A program made the position numbers and the translations under genes. A stretch of DNA of 64,000 nt. Origin: an uncultured Bacteriovoracaceae bacterium. Lineage in GTDB: Bacteria; Desulfobacterota; Desulfomonilia; UBA1062. Positions 28,063-36,538 of this stretch are shown in pieces (the stretch's first letter is position 1; each line of letters opens with the position of its first letter). Location: NCBI GenBank assembly GCA_964618975.1, contig CAZUDI010000003.1, forward strand, positions 61,962-125,961. Reading direction: 5' to 3'. The notes under the pieces are model-generated. The model did no database searches. It had not been told where the DNA came from and saw nothing but the letters and a program-made list of their open reading frames with translations.

Positions 28063-29823
28063 TTATTTCACCGAAAGCAATGTCTGCAACATCTCGTCGG
28101 CTATGGATATGAGCTTGGCTGAGGCCTGGTAGAGGTACTGATTCTTAAGCAGGTTGGCCATCTCCTCGTCCAAGTTCACCCCGGATACGGACTCCTTGCG
28201 GCTGAGGTACTGCCCGAGGAGCGTATCGTTGAACTGCGCGTTCATCTTGGCATTCTGGGTGTGTACCCCCACCTCGGAAACAAAGGCGCTGAAGAAGGCA
28301 TCCATGGTGGTACGCGTACCATCCATGGTGACCACCGTGTCCTGCAGGCCGAAAATAGCGCTCGCCACACTGTTGTCACCCGGGGCCACCGCGTTGTTCG
28401 AATCCAGGTACCCGGCACAGATGCGCTGCGGATCCGAAACCAGGGCGGCATTGATCCCGACGGTTTCGGAAAGGTCTCCCAGAGAACTGTCCCAGGAGAA
28501 GAAGGTGTTCACCCCCAGCACGGCCAGGGCATGGCTACTCCCCGCCGCATCCGAAGTGGGCTGGATAGCCAAGGTGTAACCGGCGTTGGCCTGAAGGGTA
28601 AAGTATCCGTCGGTACCGCCGCTCAGGGCGGCGCTGATCTCCCCGCCGCCGGCGGCTGCCTCGGCGTTGATCTCGTCTCTGAGGGCCTGCACCGTGCTCC
28701 CCGCCGGGTCGATAGTATAGGTGCTGGCCACCTGTCCGTCGGCATCAAAGACCACGATATCGAACGACCCGCTGGCGTTAAAGTGGCTGCCGAAGGTGAG
28801 AGCACCGATATCATCCGCGAGCCCGACATCCACCGTGCCGGACAAGGAGCTCACCGCCTGGAGCCCGACCCCTTCGGCGTGCAGGGAGTTGACCTGCCAG
28901 ACAAGTTCCTCGGTGAGCGTGTTGAGGGAATCGAGGTAGTCTCCGATGCGGGTGTCGCGCACCTCCACCCAGCCGGCGATCTTGCCGCCCTCGAGACGGT
29001 GGGTGATATCCACCTGCCGGCCGCTCTGGTCGTTCCAGAAGACATCGGTATATCCCGTGGTGGCGTTGTTACCCACGCTCAGCTCGTAGCTCTCGTTCCC
29101 CAGCACCAGGGGGGTGCCGCCCAGGATATAGACCATGACCTGGCCGCTTTGCTCCTCCTCGTAGTAATTGATGTCCATGTACTCGGAGAGCTCTTCCAGA
29201 AGCAGGTCCCGGCGATCCCGGAGGTCGTTGGCGTTGATCATGCCGTCGATCTCGACACTGGAGATGGTGCCGTTCAGCTCGGCGATCTGGGAAGTGAGGG
29301 AATTGACGTACTCCACCGAACCATCGATGTTGCGGTCAAGGTTGCGCTGATACGATCGCAGATTGTAGTCTATATCCTGTATGGCCTGCACCAGGTTGTC
29401 GCTCTGGGCGATCAGGGCCTCGCGCTCGGGGATACCGTCGGGATTGTTGCTCAGGTCGCTCCAGGCATTCCAGAACTCGCCCATGAGATAATTGAGGCCG
29501 TAGCCGTCGCTTTCGTTGAAGATCACCTCGATCTCCTCCATGGCATCACTCTGGGCGCTCCAGTAATAGTACTCCGAGTTCTTGATATTGAGCTGTTTGT
29601 TGATGAACTCGTCATAGGCCCTGGTCACCTCGGTGGCCCTCACGCCGGTCCCGATCTGACCCGGTCCCATCGTAATGGGATAGTTGGGCTCCACCAGCAG
29701 GGACTGTTTGGAATAACCCTCGGTATTGGCATTGGCGATATTGTGTGAGGTGACCTCGATGGCCAGCTGTGAAGAATACAGGGACCACCGTGCGATGTCG
29801 AGCGCTCCGCCGATTCCCGGCAT
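28063..29823 (-). CDS. flgK: flagellar hook-associated protein 1 FlgK
   Basis: 586 aa. N-terminus 'IARWSLYSSQLAIEVTSHNIANANTEGYSKQ' (flagellar rod/hook N-terminal consensus), C-terminus 'LLKNQYLYQASAKLISIADEMLQTLL' (FlgK C-terminal helix). Confidence 0.85.
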   Translation of the reverse strand: MPGIGGALDIARWSLYSSQLAIEVTSHNIANANTEGYSKQSLLVEPNYPITMGPGQIGTGVRATEVTRAYDEFINKQLNIKNSEYYYWSAQSDAMEEIEVIFNESDGYGLNYLMGEFWNAWSDLSNNPDGIPEREALIAQSDNLVQAIQDIDYNLRSYQRNLDRNIDGSVEYVNSLTSQIAELNGTISSVEIDGMINANDLRDRRDLLLEELSEYMDINYYEEEQSGQVMVYILGGTPLVLGNESYELSVGNNATTGYTDVFWNDQSGRQVDITHRLEGGKIAGWVEVRDTRIGDYLDSLNTLTEELVWQVNSLHAEGVGLQAVSSLSGTVDVGLADDIGALTFGSHFNASGSFDIVVFDADGQVASTYTIDPAGSTVQALRDEINAEAAAGGGEISAALSGGTDGYFTLQANAGYTLAIQPTSDAAGSSHALAVLGVNTFFSWDSSLGDLSETVGINAALVSDPQRICAGYLDSNNAVAPGDNSVASAIFGLQDTVVTMDGTRTTMDAFFSAFVSEVGVHTQNAKMNAQFNDTLLGQYLSRKESVSGVNLDEEMANLLKNQYLYQASAKLISIADEMLQTLLSVK

Positions 29824-29824
29824 A

Positions 29825-30253
29825 TCAGACCCCCTTCCGCACGAGTGGCAATGCCAACCTGGCCTTCTTCCCCGAACGGTCGTAGCCGGTCTGCAGCCCG
29901 GCGAAGAAGGGCTCGAGTTGGGCGCGCACCTCGCTGAGACGCTTGGTGACCAGTTCCCTGGCCGACTCGTTCAGGCCCCTCACGCGCGTCCACGACCCCG
30001 CGAGATCCTGCTGCAGACCCCTGATCCGCTGCGCCTGGCCGCGGGAGGGTTCTCCGGCCGGGTCTGACATGCCCTCGCGGTTTTCGGCAATGGTGTGCAT
30101 CAGCCGTTGCTTTTCGGGAAGCGATTCCTCCAGTTCCTCCACATCACCGGCTAGAATATAACCCAGTTCCTCTTCGAGGCACGCTCCGAGGCGGGCGACA
30201 AGCTCCTTTTCCCTCTCAAGACAGGCTTCCATCTCCTGATACGTCATCGCCAT
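29825..30253 (-). CDS. flgN: FlgN-family flagellar export chaperone (putative)
   Basis: About 142 aa, helical, acidic. Sits directly upstream of flgK, the usual flgN position. Start at MAMTYQEME (30253). Confidence 0.5.
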   Translation of the reverse strand: MAMTYQEMEACLEREKELVARLGACLEEELGYILAGDVEELEESLPEKQRLMHTIAENREGMSDPAGEPSRGQAQRIRGLQQDLAGSWTRVRGLNESARELVTKRLSEVRAQLEPFFAGLQTGYDRSGKKARLALPLVRKGV

Positions 30254-30294
30254 TCTCCCCCCTGACGGGTATGCCGGCACCCTGGTCCCGTACA

Positions 30295-30627
30295 TCACCG
30301 CCCCTCTTTCTTATCGGTCAAGGGGACCGATGTCTGAGTGGGCGTCTCCGCTGAGATTCCCTGGATGCGGGCGATCCTCTCGTAGAGCACCTGGGCGATA
30401 CCGATGCCCTCTCCGGCCGTGGCCCCCCTGGCCATGGCCATATAGAGCAGGTCCTTGGAAATCTCCCCCGAGAGTCCCTCGCCCATGAAACCCTCACCGA
30501 CCCCGGACCCCGTGGCCTTGAGCAGCTGGTGGACGAAGATGGACTCGAATTCACGGCAGGCCTCGCGCAGCGCCCGCTCGGGATGCTGGGCCTTCATATG
30601 GTAGAGCGCCGCCACATTGCCGATCAT
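30295..30627 (-). CDS. rod-binding protein (FlgJ N-terminal-domain homologue lacking a glucosaminidase domain)
   Basis: 'ALREACREFESIFVHQLLKAT' matches the FlgJ N-terminal / rod-binding signature (PF10135). Start ATG 30627 forms an ATGA overlap with the flgI stop. About 110 aa. Confidence 0.6.
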   Translation of the reverse strand: MIGNVAALYHMKAQHPERALREACREFESIFVHQLLKATGSGVGEGFMGEGLSGEISKDLLYMAMARGATAGEGIGIAQVLYERIARIQGISAETPTQTSVPLTDKKEGR

Positions 30628-31712
30628 ATGACCTCCAGATCGGCGTACAGCGCGTCCGAACGCTTGATGCACTGCAGGATCACCACCAGGTCCCGCGGGG
30701 TCACCCCGATGGCATTGAGGGCCCCCACCAGGTCCCCGATGGTTGTGCCGTCCGGCAGCACCACGAGTCTGCGCCCCCCCTCCTCCACCGTCACCCCGCT
30801 CCCGGGGACCACGGTGGTCACCCCCTGGGAGAAGGGCTGCGGCTGAGAGACGCCAGGTTCTTCCGTGATCTTGATGCTCAGGTTGCCGTGGGCGATAGCC
30901 ACGCTGGAGATACGCACATTGTCGCCCATCACCACGGTGCCGGTACGCTCGTTCACCACCACCTTGGCCCGCGAATCGGGGTTCACATCCACCCCCTCGA
31001 TCATGGCCACGAAGTCGACAATCCGCTCATGATACGCCTCTGGCACCTGCACACGGATCGTGGAAAGGTCCTCGGCATGCGCCACGCCCTGGCCAAGCCG
31101 CTTGTTGAGCGAGCCCACGAGCCGGTGCGCCGTGGTGAAGTCCGGGATGTCCATCACGAGCCGCAGCTCATTCCCCAGGGTGAACTCCGTGGAACGTTCC
31201 ACTACCGCCCCGCGGGGAATCATTCCCACCGTGGGGAAATTCTTGGTGACGCCGCTGCCGCTCTCACCCGCAACGGCAAAGCCGCCCACGGAGATGGCGC
31301 CCTGCCCCAGGGCATACACCCGCCCGTCGGGACCGTAGAGCGGGGCCGCAATCAGCGTACCGCCCGCCAGGGACGTGGCATCCCCCAGCGAGGAGATGGT
31401 GCAGTCGAGGTATTGTCCGCTGCGGGCAAAGGGAGGCAGGATCGCCGTCACCATGACCGCGGCCACGTTCTTGACCTTGAGCGCGTTCGCATCCACGGTG
31501 ATACCCATGGTCCGCAGGAGATTGGCCAGGGAATAGACGGTGAACTGCGCGCCGGTCTTGTCGCCGGTACCGTTGAGCCCCACTACCAGCCCGTACCCGG
31601 CAAGGCGGTTCTCCCGCACGCCCTGGATCTCCACCAGGTCCTTGACCCGTACGCCGTAGGCCACGGGGGCCAAAAGCAGTATTCCCAATATGAGCAGCAG
31701 TATCTTTTTCAT
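30624..31712 (-). CDS. flgI: flagellar P-ring protein FlgI
   Basis: Signal peptide, then 'VRVKDLVEIQGVRENRLAGYGLVVGLNGTGDK', the conserved FlgI N-terminus. Confidence 0.95.
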   Translation of the reverse strand: MKKILLLILGILLLAPVAYGVRVKDLVEIQGVRENRLAGYGLVVGLNGTGDKTGAQFTVYSLANLLRTMGITVDANALKVKNVAAVMVTAILPPFARSGQYLDCTISSLGDATSLAGGTLIAAPLYGPDGRVYALGQGAISVGGFAVAGESGSGVTKNFPTVGMIPRGAVVERSTEFTLGNELRLVMDIPDFTTAHRLVGSLNKRLGQGVAHAEDLSTIRVQVPEAYHERIVDFVAMIEGVDVNPDSRAKVVVNERTGTVVMGDNVRISSVAIAHGNLSIKITEEPGVSQPQPFSQGVTTVVPGSGVTVEEGGRRLVVLPDGTTIGDLVGALNAIGVTPRDLVVILQCIKRSDALYADLEVI

Positions 31713-31720
31713 CCTTCACC

Positions 31721-32413
31721 TCAGAACGGCCAGAGCTTGTCCATGGCCCGCGACACGATACCCCTTCTCTGCTGGTCGCCGATGATACCGTTCCCATAAT
31801 AGTCAATCCTGAGATCGGCGATGGAGGTCGATGCAATGGTGTTGTTCGAGCTGACATCATCGGGCCGGATGATTCCCGAAAGCAGGATATACTGCACCTC
31901 CGAATTCACACGGATCTGTTTCTTACCCTCGATCATCAGGTTGTTTGACGGCAACACCCTGACCACGCGGGCCGAGATTGTGGCCTGGATGCTACCCTTG
32001 CGCGAGGTGTCCCCGGTGCCCTCAAACTCGCTAGAGGAAGAGGCCCCGAGAGCAGGGGTCAGGGCATAACCCTTGACGGAGGCCCTGTCGAGTGGCAGAC
32101 CCAGGAGATTGGTGATCGAGCTGTCCGCCTTATTCGTCCGCTCCGCCTTGGTTTCGGCCTCCTTGCTGGCCGACGAGTTCTCCGCGATCTGCACCACCAC
32201 GAGATCACCCACGCGGCGTGCCTTGGATTCAGCATAGATGTCCGAAAATTTGGCGCCCGGCGACCACAGGGATCCGGGTATGGCGACGCTTTCCACGCGC
32301 TCCTCCACCGGTGGCGCCAGGGTATCCACCTCCAGGCGCGGCGGCCCCTCGTGCGCACAGCCCCCCATAATCAGGGCCAGCATCACCAACATGATGCACA
32401 TGTGTCTCTGCAT
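31721..32413 (-). CDS. flgH: flagellar L-ring lipoprotein FlgH
   Basis: Lipobox 'IMGGC'; 'GSLW...GDLVVVQIAENSSASKEA' and a C-terminal 'GNGIIGDQQRRG' match FlgH. Confidence 0.9.
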   Translation of the reverse strand: MQRHMCIMLVMLALIMGGCAHEGPPRLEVDTLAPPVEERVESVAIPGSLWSPGAKFSDIYAESKARRVGDLVVVQIAENSSASKEAETKAERTNKADSSITNLLGLPLDRASVKGYALTPALGASSSSEFEGTGDTSRKGSIQATISARVVRVLPSNNLMIEGKKQIRVNSEVQYILLSGIIRPDDVSSNNTIASTSIADLRIDYYGNGIIGDQQRRGIVSRAMDKLWPF

Positions 32414-32422
32414 ATCTTCCTC

Positions 32423-33379
32423 CTAGAAAACTACCCGTACGCAGGAAGGAGCAATAATGGTGCCAAACACCTGCTTACCGGAGGTCACATTCCTCACCGG
32501 TATGCGTTGACTGAGGCCGCCGTCCCTGAGTGCCACCCCCTTGTCCCGCACCACCAGCCTGTCGCGGGAGGCCTCGATAATCACCGTCTCTCCCCGGCAC
32601 ACCACGGGCCGGGGCTCGACATTGGCCTGCAGGATGGGCGCCTCGGCGCGGATGGCCGTCTTGGCACGCATGCCCGTACAGGACGCCTTGTCGGTCATGA
32701 GGCTCTCGAGGTCGCAGACCTTCAGGGGCCGCATGACCAGGGCCGCCTCTGTGATCATCTCCCCGCGCCGGATGGGGGCACGCGCCACAGGGACCTGGGT
32801 CTCCAGCGATACCCGGGCAGAGATGCGCACACGGGTGGATGATGGTCCCTCCCCGAAGCTCAGGATCATGCTCACCGGACCCAGAAAATCCTCGCGGGGG
32901 GAAATTTTTGCCTGCGGACCCTGTCGCTCATTGCCCCACACCCTCACACTGAGCGGGGCCCTGATGTCTTCAATAACGATCCGCCCCCTGCCCGCATAGG
33001 GCTGTTCACGCATCAGCGCGCGGGTAAAGATCGTCTCCAGTTGCTCACGCACGATCTCCGTATACAACGGCGCAACCAGCACCTCGCTGGCACCTCTCAC
33101 CTGCAGGGGAAGGCTCACCTGGCGGGCAATCCTCTCCCTGATCCAGGCTGCCGATACGCTACTCCCCGCTGGGGACACGGGGGTGCGCATGAGACGTAGC
33201 GCGCTCAGGCGCTCGGCGTCATGGCCCTCGATCCGGGCCAGGTCCCCGAGCGTCACAACCGAATGAGGAATCTGAACGCGCTCTTTGAGCACCACGGTGA
33301 TGCCTGACGAGGCCAGAACAGGCCCTCCCAGCAACAGCACACTAAAAACCAAGATCAGACCGCGGCCGCTGATCTTCAT
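32423..33379 (-). CDS. flgA: flagellar basal-body P-ring formation chaperone FlgA
   Basis: Signal peptide, with a SAF/FlgA-type C-terminal domain ('GETVIIEASRDRLVVRDKGVALRDGGLSQRIPVRNVTSGKQVFGTI'). Sits upstream of flgH/flgI. Confidence 0.8.
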   Translation of the reverse strand: MKISGRGLILVFSVLLLGGPVLASSGITVVLKERVQIPHSVVTLGDLARIEGHDAERLSALRLMRTPVSPAGSSVSAAWIRERIARQVSLPLQVRGASEVLVAPLYTEIVREQLETIFTRALMREQPYAGRGRIVIEDIRAPLSVRVWGNERQGPQAKISPREDFLGPVSMILSFGEGPSSTRVRISARVSLETQVPVARAPIRRGEMITEAALVMRPLKVCDLESLMTDKASCTGMRAKTAIRAEAPILQANVEPRPVVCRGETVIIEASRDRLVVRDKGVALRDGGLSQRIPVRNVTSGKQVFGTIIAPSCVRVVF

Positions 33380-34158
33380 GACCGCAGGTTATTGGCCACC
33401 TGCAGCATGGAATCCGCCGTCTTGATGGCCTTGGAATTCAGCTCGTAGGCGCGCTGGCCGGCGATCATATTGATCATCTCCTCCACGGCGTCCACATTGG
33501 ACATCTCCAGATATCCCTGAGCGATGGTGCCCATATTCTCTGTTCCGGCCTCTCCCTGAATGGGATCGCCGGAGGCCGGGGTGGGAATATAGGCGTTGCG
33601 GCCGATGGATTTCAGCCCCGCCGGGTTGGTGAAGGTGTACAGCGAGATCTCACCGGTCGCCAGGATCTCGTCGCCCGCCGACATGCAGGTGAGGTTGCCG
33701 TCCTGATCGATATTGATGATCGCGGTGTCCGCCGGCACCGCGAAGTCCGGCTGGAGCCGGTCACCGCGTGAGTTTACGATATAGCCGTCTGAGTCAATCT
33801 TGAAGGCCCCATCGCGGGTGTAGAGCTCATCACCATCCGAAAGCAGCAGGAAGAACCCGTTGCCCTCAATGGCCAGATCCAGTTGGTTCTTGGTCTCCAT
33901 ATAGTCGCCCTGGGTAAAGATCTTCTGGACCGCCACCGGCCGGGTGCCCATGCCCACCTCGATACCCACCGGCACGGTGCCGCCCTCGGCGGTGGGGCTG
34001 CCCTTTTCGCCATAGGCTTCATAGAACAGGTCTTCGAACTCGGTGCGGCTCTTCTTGAACCCCGTCGTACTGACGTTGGCCAGATTGTTGGCCATCACAT
34101 CGATCATCATCTGCTGGGCGCCCATGCCGGACGCCGCGGTCCACATCGCTCTAATCAT
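33376..34158 (-). CDS. flgG: flagellar basal-body distal rod protein FlgG
   Basis: 260 aa. 'MIRAMWTAASGMGAQQMMIDVMANNLANVSTTGFKK' and C-terminus 'YLEMSNVDAVEEMINMIAGQRAYELNSKAIKTADSML' are canonical. Confidence 0.9.
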   Translation of the reverse strand: MIRAMWTAASGMGAQQMMIDVMANNLANVSTTGFKKSRTEFEDLFYEAYGEKGSPTAEGGTVPVGIEVGMGTRPVAVQKIFTQGDYMETKNQLDLAIEGNGFFLLLSDGDELYTRDGAFKIDSDGYIVNSRGDRLQPDFAVPADTAIINIDQDGNLTCMSAGDEILATGEISLYTFTNPAGLKSIGRNAYIPTPASGDPIQGEAGTENMGTIAQGYLEMSNVDAVEEMINMIAGQRAYELNSKAIKTADSMLQVANNLRS

Positions 34159-34181
34159 GATCCATCCTCCCTCTGTTGCCC

Positions 34182-34919
34182 TTAAGCCAGCACTCCCACA
34201 TTGCGGATGGAGAGTGAGTACGTGTCTGAAAATGACTTGATCACCTTCTGGAAGGCCTCATACGCCCGCTGGGTGGTGATCAGCCCCACCATCTCCCGGA
34301 TGGGCTCCACATTGGACAGCTCGAGGCTCCCCTGCCGCACGGACAGCGCCTCCACCGGCGCGGGCACGAAACCCTCCTGCACGGCGAACATCCCATCGCC
34401 GCCCCGAATGAGGGCCTCCGGCGGGATGTCCACCACCCGCAGCACATCCACGACCCTCCCGTCGAGGACCACCGTGCCGTCGGTCTCAACGCTCACCGTG
34501 CCCCCGCCCAGGGGCAGATCCCCGCCCTCGCCCTGGACCGGGTCCCCGTGCGCATTCACGAGCACACCCTCCATGGATAGCTGGAAGGCCCCCGCACGCG
34601 TATAGCGCTCGCCGTCGAGGGTGTTTACCACAAAGAATCCCTCCCCCGTCACCGCCAGATCGAGGGGGTTAGCTGTCTCCCTCAATGGACCCGGGGTCGT
34701 ATCAATGAAGGGGCTCTCGGCGAGCACATCCACCGGTACCCGCTGGTATTGCCCGGAGGCAAGCGGGGTGGTGTCCAGCAGACGGATGTACTGCTCAAAC
34801 GCGAGGGCGTCCTTCTTGAAACCCGAGGTCCCCGCATTGGCCAGATTATGGGAGACGAGGGCCAGATTCTCCTCCATTGCCCTGGCTCCGGCAGCCGCCG
34901 TATAGATACCCTGATCCAT
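34182..34919 (-). CDS. flgF: flagellar basal-body rod protein FlgF (or second FlgG-type rod protein)
   Basis: Start at MDQGIYTAAAGARAMEENLALVSHNLANAGTSGFKK (ATG 34919) after a GGAGGA RBS. C-terminus 'LELSNVEPIREMVGLITTQRAYEAFQKVI' is the rod-protein consensus. Confidence 0.85.
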   Translation of the reverse strand: MDQGIYTAAAGARAMEENLALVSHNLANAGTSGFKKDALAFEQYIRLLDTTPLASGQYQRVPVDVLAESPFIDTTPGPLRETANPLDLAVTGEGFFVVNTLDGERYTRAGAFQLSMEGVLVNAHGDPVQGEGGDLPLGGGTVSVETDGTVVLDGRVVDVLRVVDIPPEALIRGGDGMFAVQEGFVPAPVEALSVRQGSLELSNVEPIREMVGLITTQRAYEAFQKVIKSFSDTYSLSIRNVGVLA

Positions 34920-34943
34920 GGTCGATCCTCCTGAGGCCCTCTG

Positions 34944-34959
34944 AGCAATAAGGGTGCCA
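34944..34959 (-). promoter_or_regulatory. sigma54 (-24/-12) promoter TGGCAC-N5-TTGCT upstream of flgF
   Basis: On the minus strand: TGGCAC-CCTTA-TTGCT, an exact match to the RpoN consensus TGGCAC-N5-TTGCW. It ends about 25 nt upstream of ATG 34919. Lying inside the longer annotated ORF, it supports the shorter start. Confidence 0.6.
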
Positions 34960-35157
34960 GCTACGGCAGAACCTCTTAAAGCCAGGCCCCGACACCGACA
35001 CAGCGGCAAATATTGCCCCTGGCCCGGCAGACGGTGGCCGGTCCCCCTGTCAGCGGGACCCCACAAGCGCCCGGTACGAATCTTGTGGCGGTCGACAGGC
35101 AGACCCTTTCGAACCGCAGGCAGCGGCCGGGGGCAGATCCCGGATGTATGGGGCTCT

Positions 35158-35787
35158 CTAGGAGGCGGAGTTGTGCTTGATGCGGTAGGCCAGCGAGATG
35201 AGCGAGGGGAAGAGGCTCACGTTCTCGAGGGTGATGTCGGGCGGCACACGCAGATTGATGGGGGCGAAATTCCAGATCCCCTTGATGCTGGCGTCCGCCA
35301 TGAGGTCGGCCACCTGCTGGGCCACGTCGGCCGGGGTGGTGATGATGCCGATGGTGATGCGTTCGCGCTTGATCACCTCGGGCATGCGTCCCACGGGGTA
35401 GGCGGGAACGCCGAGAATGCGCGTGTCGATCAGGTCTTCGCGCTTGTCGAAGATGGCCCTGATCACGAAGCCCTTTTCGCGGAATCCCGGATAGCGCAAG
35501 AGGGCAAAACCCAGGCTGCCGAGCCCCACGAGCGCCATGTTGGCGCCGGACGAGATCCCCAGCACCTCTTCCAGGATGGCCTTGAAGCTCGCTGTGCTGT
35601 AGCCGAAGGACGAGCTGTGGATCTTACCCAGATATTGGATATCCTGCCGGATGGTGGAGGGTGTGAGACCCAGGGACGAGGCGATCATGTTGGAGGAGAT
35701 CCACTTGCTGCCCTGCGCCTCCATATGGGCGATATATTCATAGTACAGGGGCAGGCGCGCAGAAACCGCCAGGGGGATCTTGAGCAT
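35158..35787 (-). CDS. rex: redox-sensing transcriptional repressor Rex
   Basis: 'LPLYYEYIAHMEAQGSKWISSNMIASSLGLTPSTIRQDIQYLG' (winged helix) plus a Rossmann fold 'MALVGLGSLGFALL' with the GxGxxG NADH site. Confidence 0.9.
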   Translation of the reverse strand: MLKIPLAVSARLPLYYEYIAHMEAQGSKWISSNMIASSLGLTPSTIRQDIQYLGKIHSSSFGYSTASFKAILEEVLGISSGANMALVGLGSLGFALLRYPGFREKGFVIRAIFDKREDLIDTRILGVPAYPVGRMPEVIKRERITIGIITTPADVAQQVADLMADASIKGIWNFAPINLRVPPDITLENVSLFPSLISLAYRIKHNSAS

Positions 35788-35924
35788 GGACCCTCTTCCT
35801 TATGATAATCTATTATTTAACATATAAATCAAAATAGCTTTCTTTCTGTGTATTGTCAACTATAGATATCAGGTACCTATATCATTCGAAGGCTATATAT
35901 TCTCCATTCCATGGACCCTTCGCC

Positions 35925-35942
35925 TTGTTAATTTTATGACAA
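35925..35942. promoter_or_regulatory. candidate Rex operator (imperfect inverted repeat TTGTTAATTTTATGACAA)
   Basis: 14-15 of 18 positions match the Rex consensus TTGTGAAnnnnTTCACAA. It lies in the rex / flgM divergent intergenic region, where autoregulation would be expected. Confidence 0.3.
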
Positions 35943-35978
35943 TTTCCGGTACGCCCCCCCACTTCAATCGAATAACGT

Positions 35979-36005
35979 TAAAGCTTTTTCCCTGACAACC
36001 GATAG
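35979..36005 (+). promoter_or_regulatory. sigma28 (FliA)-type promoter TAAA-N15-aCCGATAG upstream of the small ORF-flgM pair
   Basis: TAAA at 35979-35982, 15-nt spacer, ACCGATAG at 35998-36005, against the consensus TAAA-N15-GCCGATAA. flgM is classically sigma28-dependent. Confidence 0.5.
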
Positions 36006-36042
36006 ATCTGTAGTGGCTTTCAAAAAAGATAAGGAGTGCGTA

Positions 36043-36246
36043 ATGGAGGTCAAAAGCATCTTCGTCAACACCATCATGCGCAGCTACGAGCAATCGGTAC
36101 GACCGGGCGCAGCCAGAAAAGACCCTGACGATACGCACGATACGGTAAACATCTCATCCCGCGCAGGCCAACGCCTCTTCGGAGAGATGATGGAACACAG
36201 CCTGACCAAATCCCTGAACAAGGACCACCACCATGAAGGTGACTAA
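36043..36246 (+). CDS. small hypothetical protein (67 aa), translationally coupled to flgM
   Basis: AAGGAG RBS sits 6 nt before ATG 36043. The stop TAA at 36244-36246 overlaps the flgM ATG (36233). No family recognised. Confidence 0.45.
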   Translation: MEVKSIFVNTIMRSYEQSVRPGAARKDPDDTHDTVNISSRAGQRLFGEMMEHSLTKSLNKDHHHEGD

Positions 36247-36538
36247 TACCCCCCCCTCGGAACTCATCAAGGCCTATCAGTCGCACGCCTCCAACGGGGT
36301 CGAGCCCACACGCCATGAAGCCCGCGCCGGCACCTCAACCCCGCTCAGAGACACGGTGAGGATGTCCGAGAAGGCCGCCCTCTTCCAGGACATCCAGAAG
36401 GGGGTGGCTTCCGCCTCCGAGGTGCGCCCCGACAAGGTGCAGGAGGCCCAGAGACAGCTCCAGGCAGGCAACTACCAGGCGGATTACACACAGGTTGCCG
36501 ACAAACTTATCCATCCGGACCTCAGCGCGCGGATATAG
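36233..36538 (+). CDS. flgM: anti-sigma-28 factor FlgM
   Basis: C-terminus 'DKVQEAQRQLQAGNYQADYTQVADKLI' is the FlgM sigma28-binding helix signature. 101 aa. Confidence 0.8.
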   Translation: MKVTNTPPSELIKAYQSHASNGVEPTRHEARAGTSTPLRDTVRMSEKAALFQDIQKGVASASEVRPDKVQEAQRQLQAGNYQADYTQVADKLIHPDLSARI

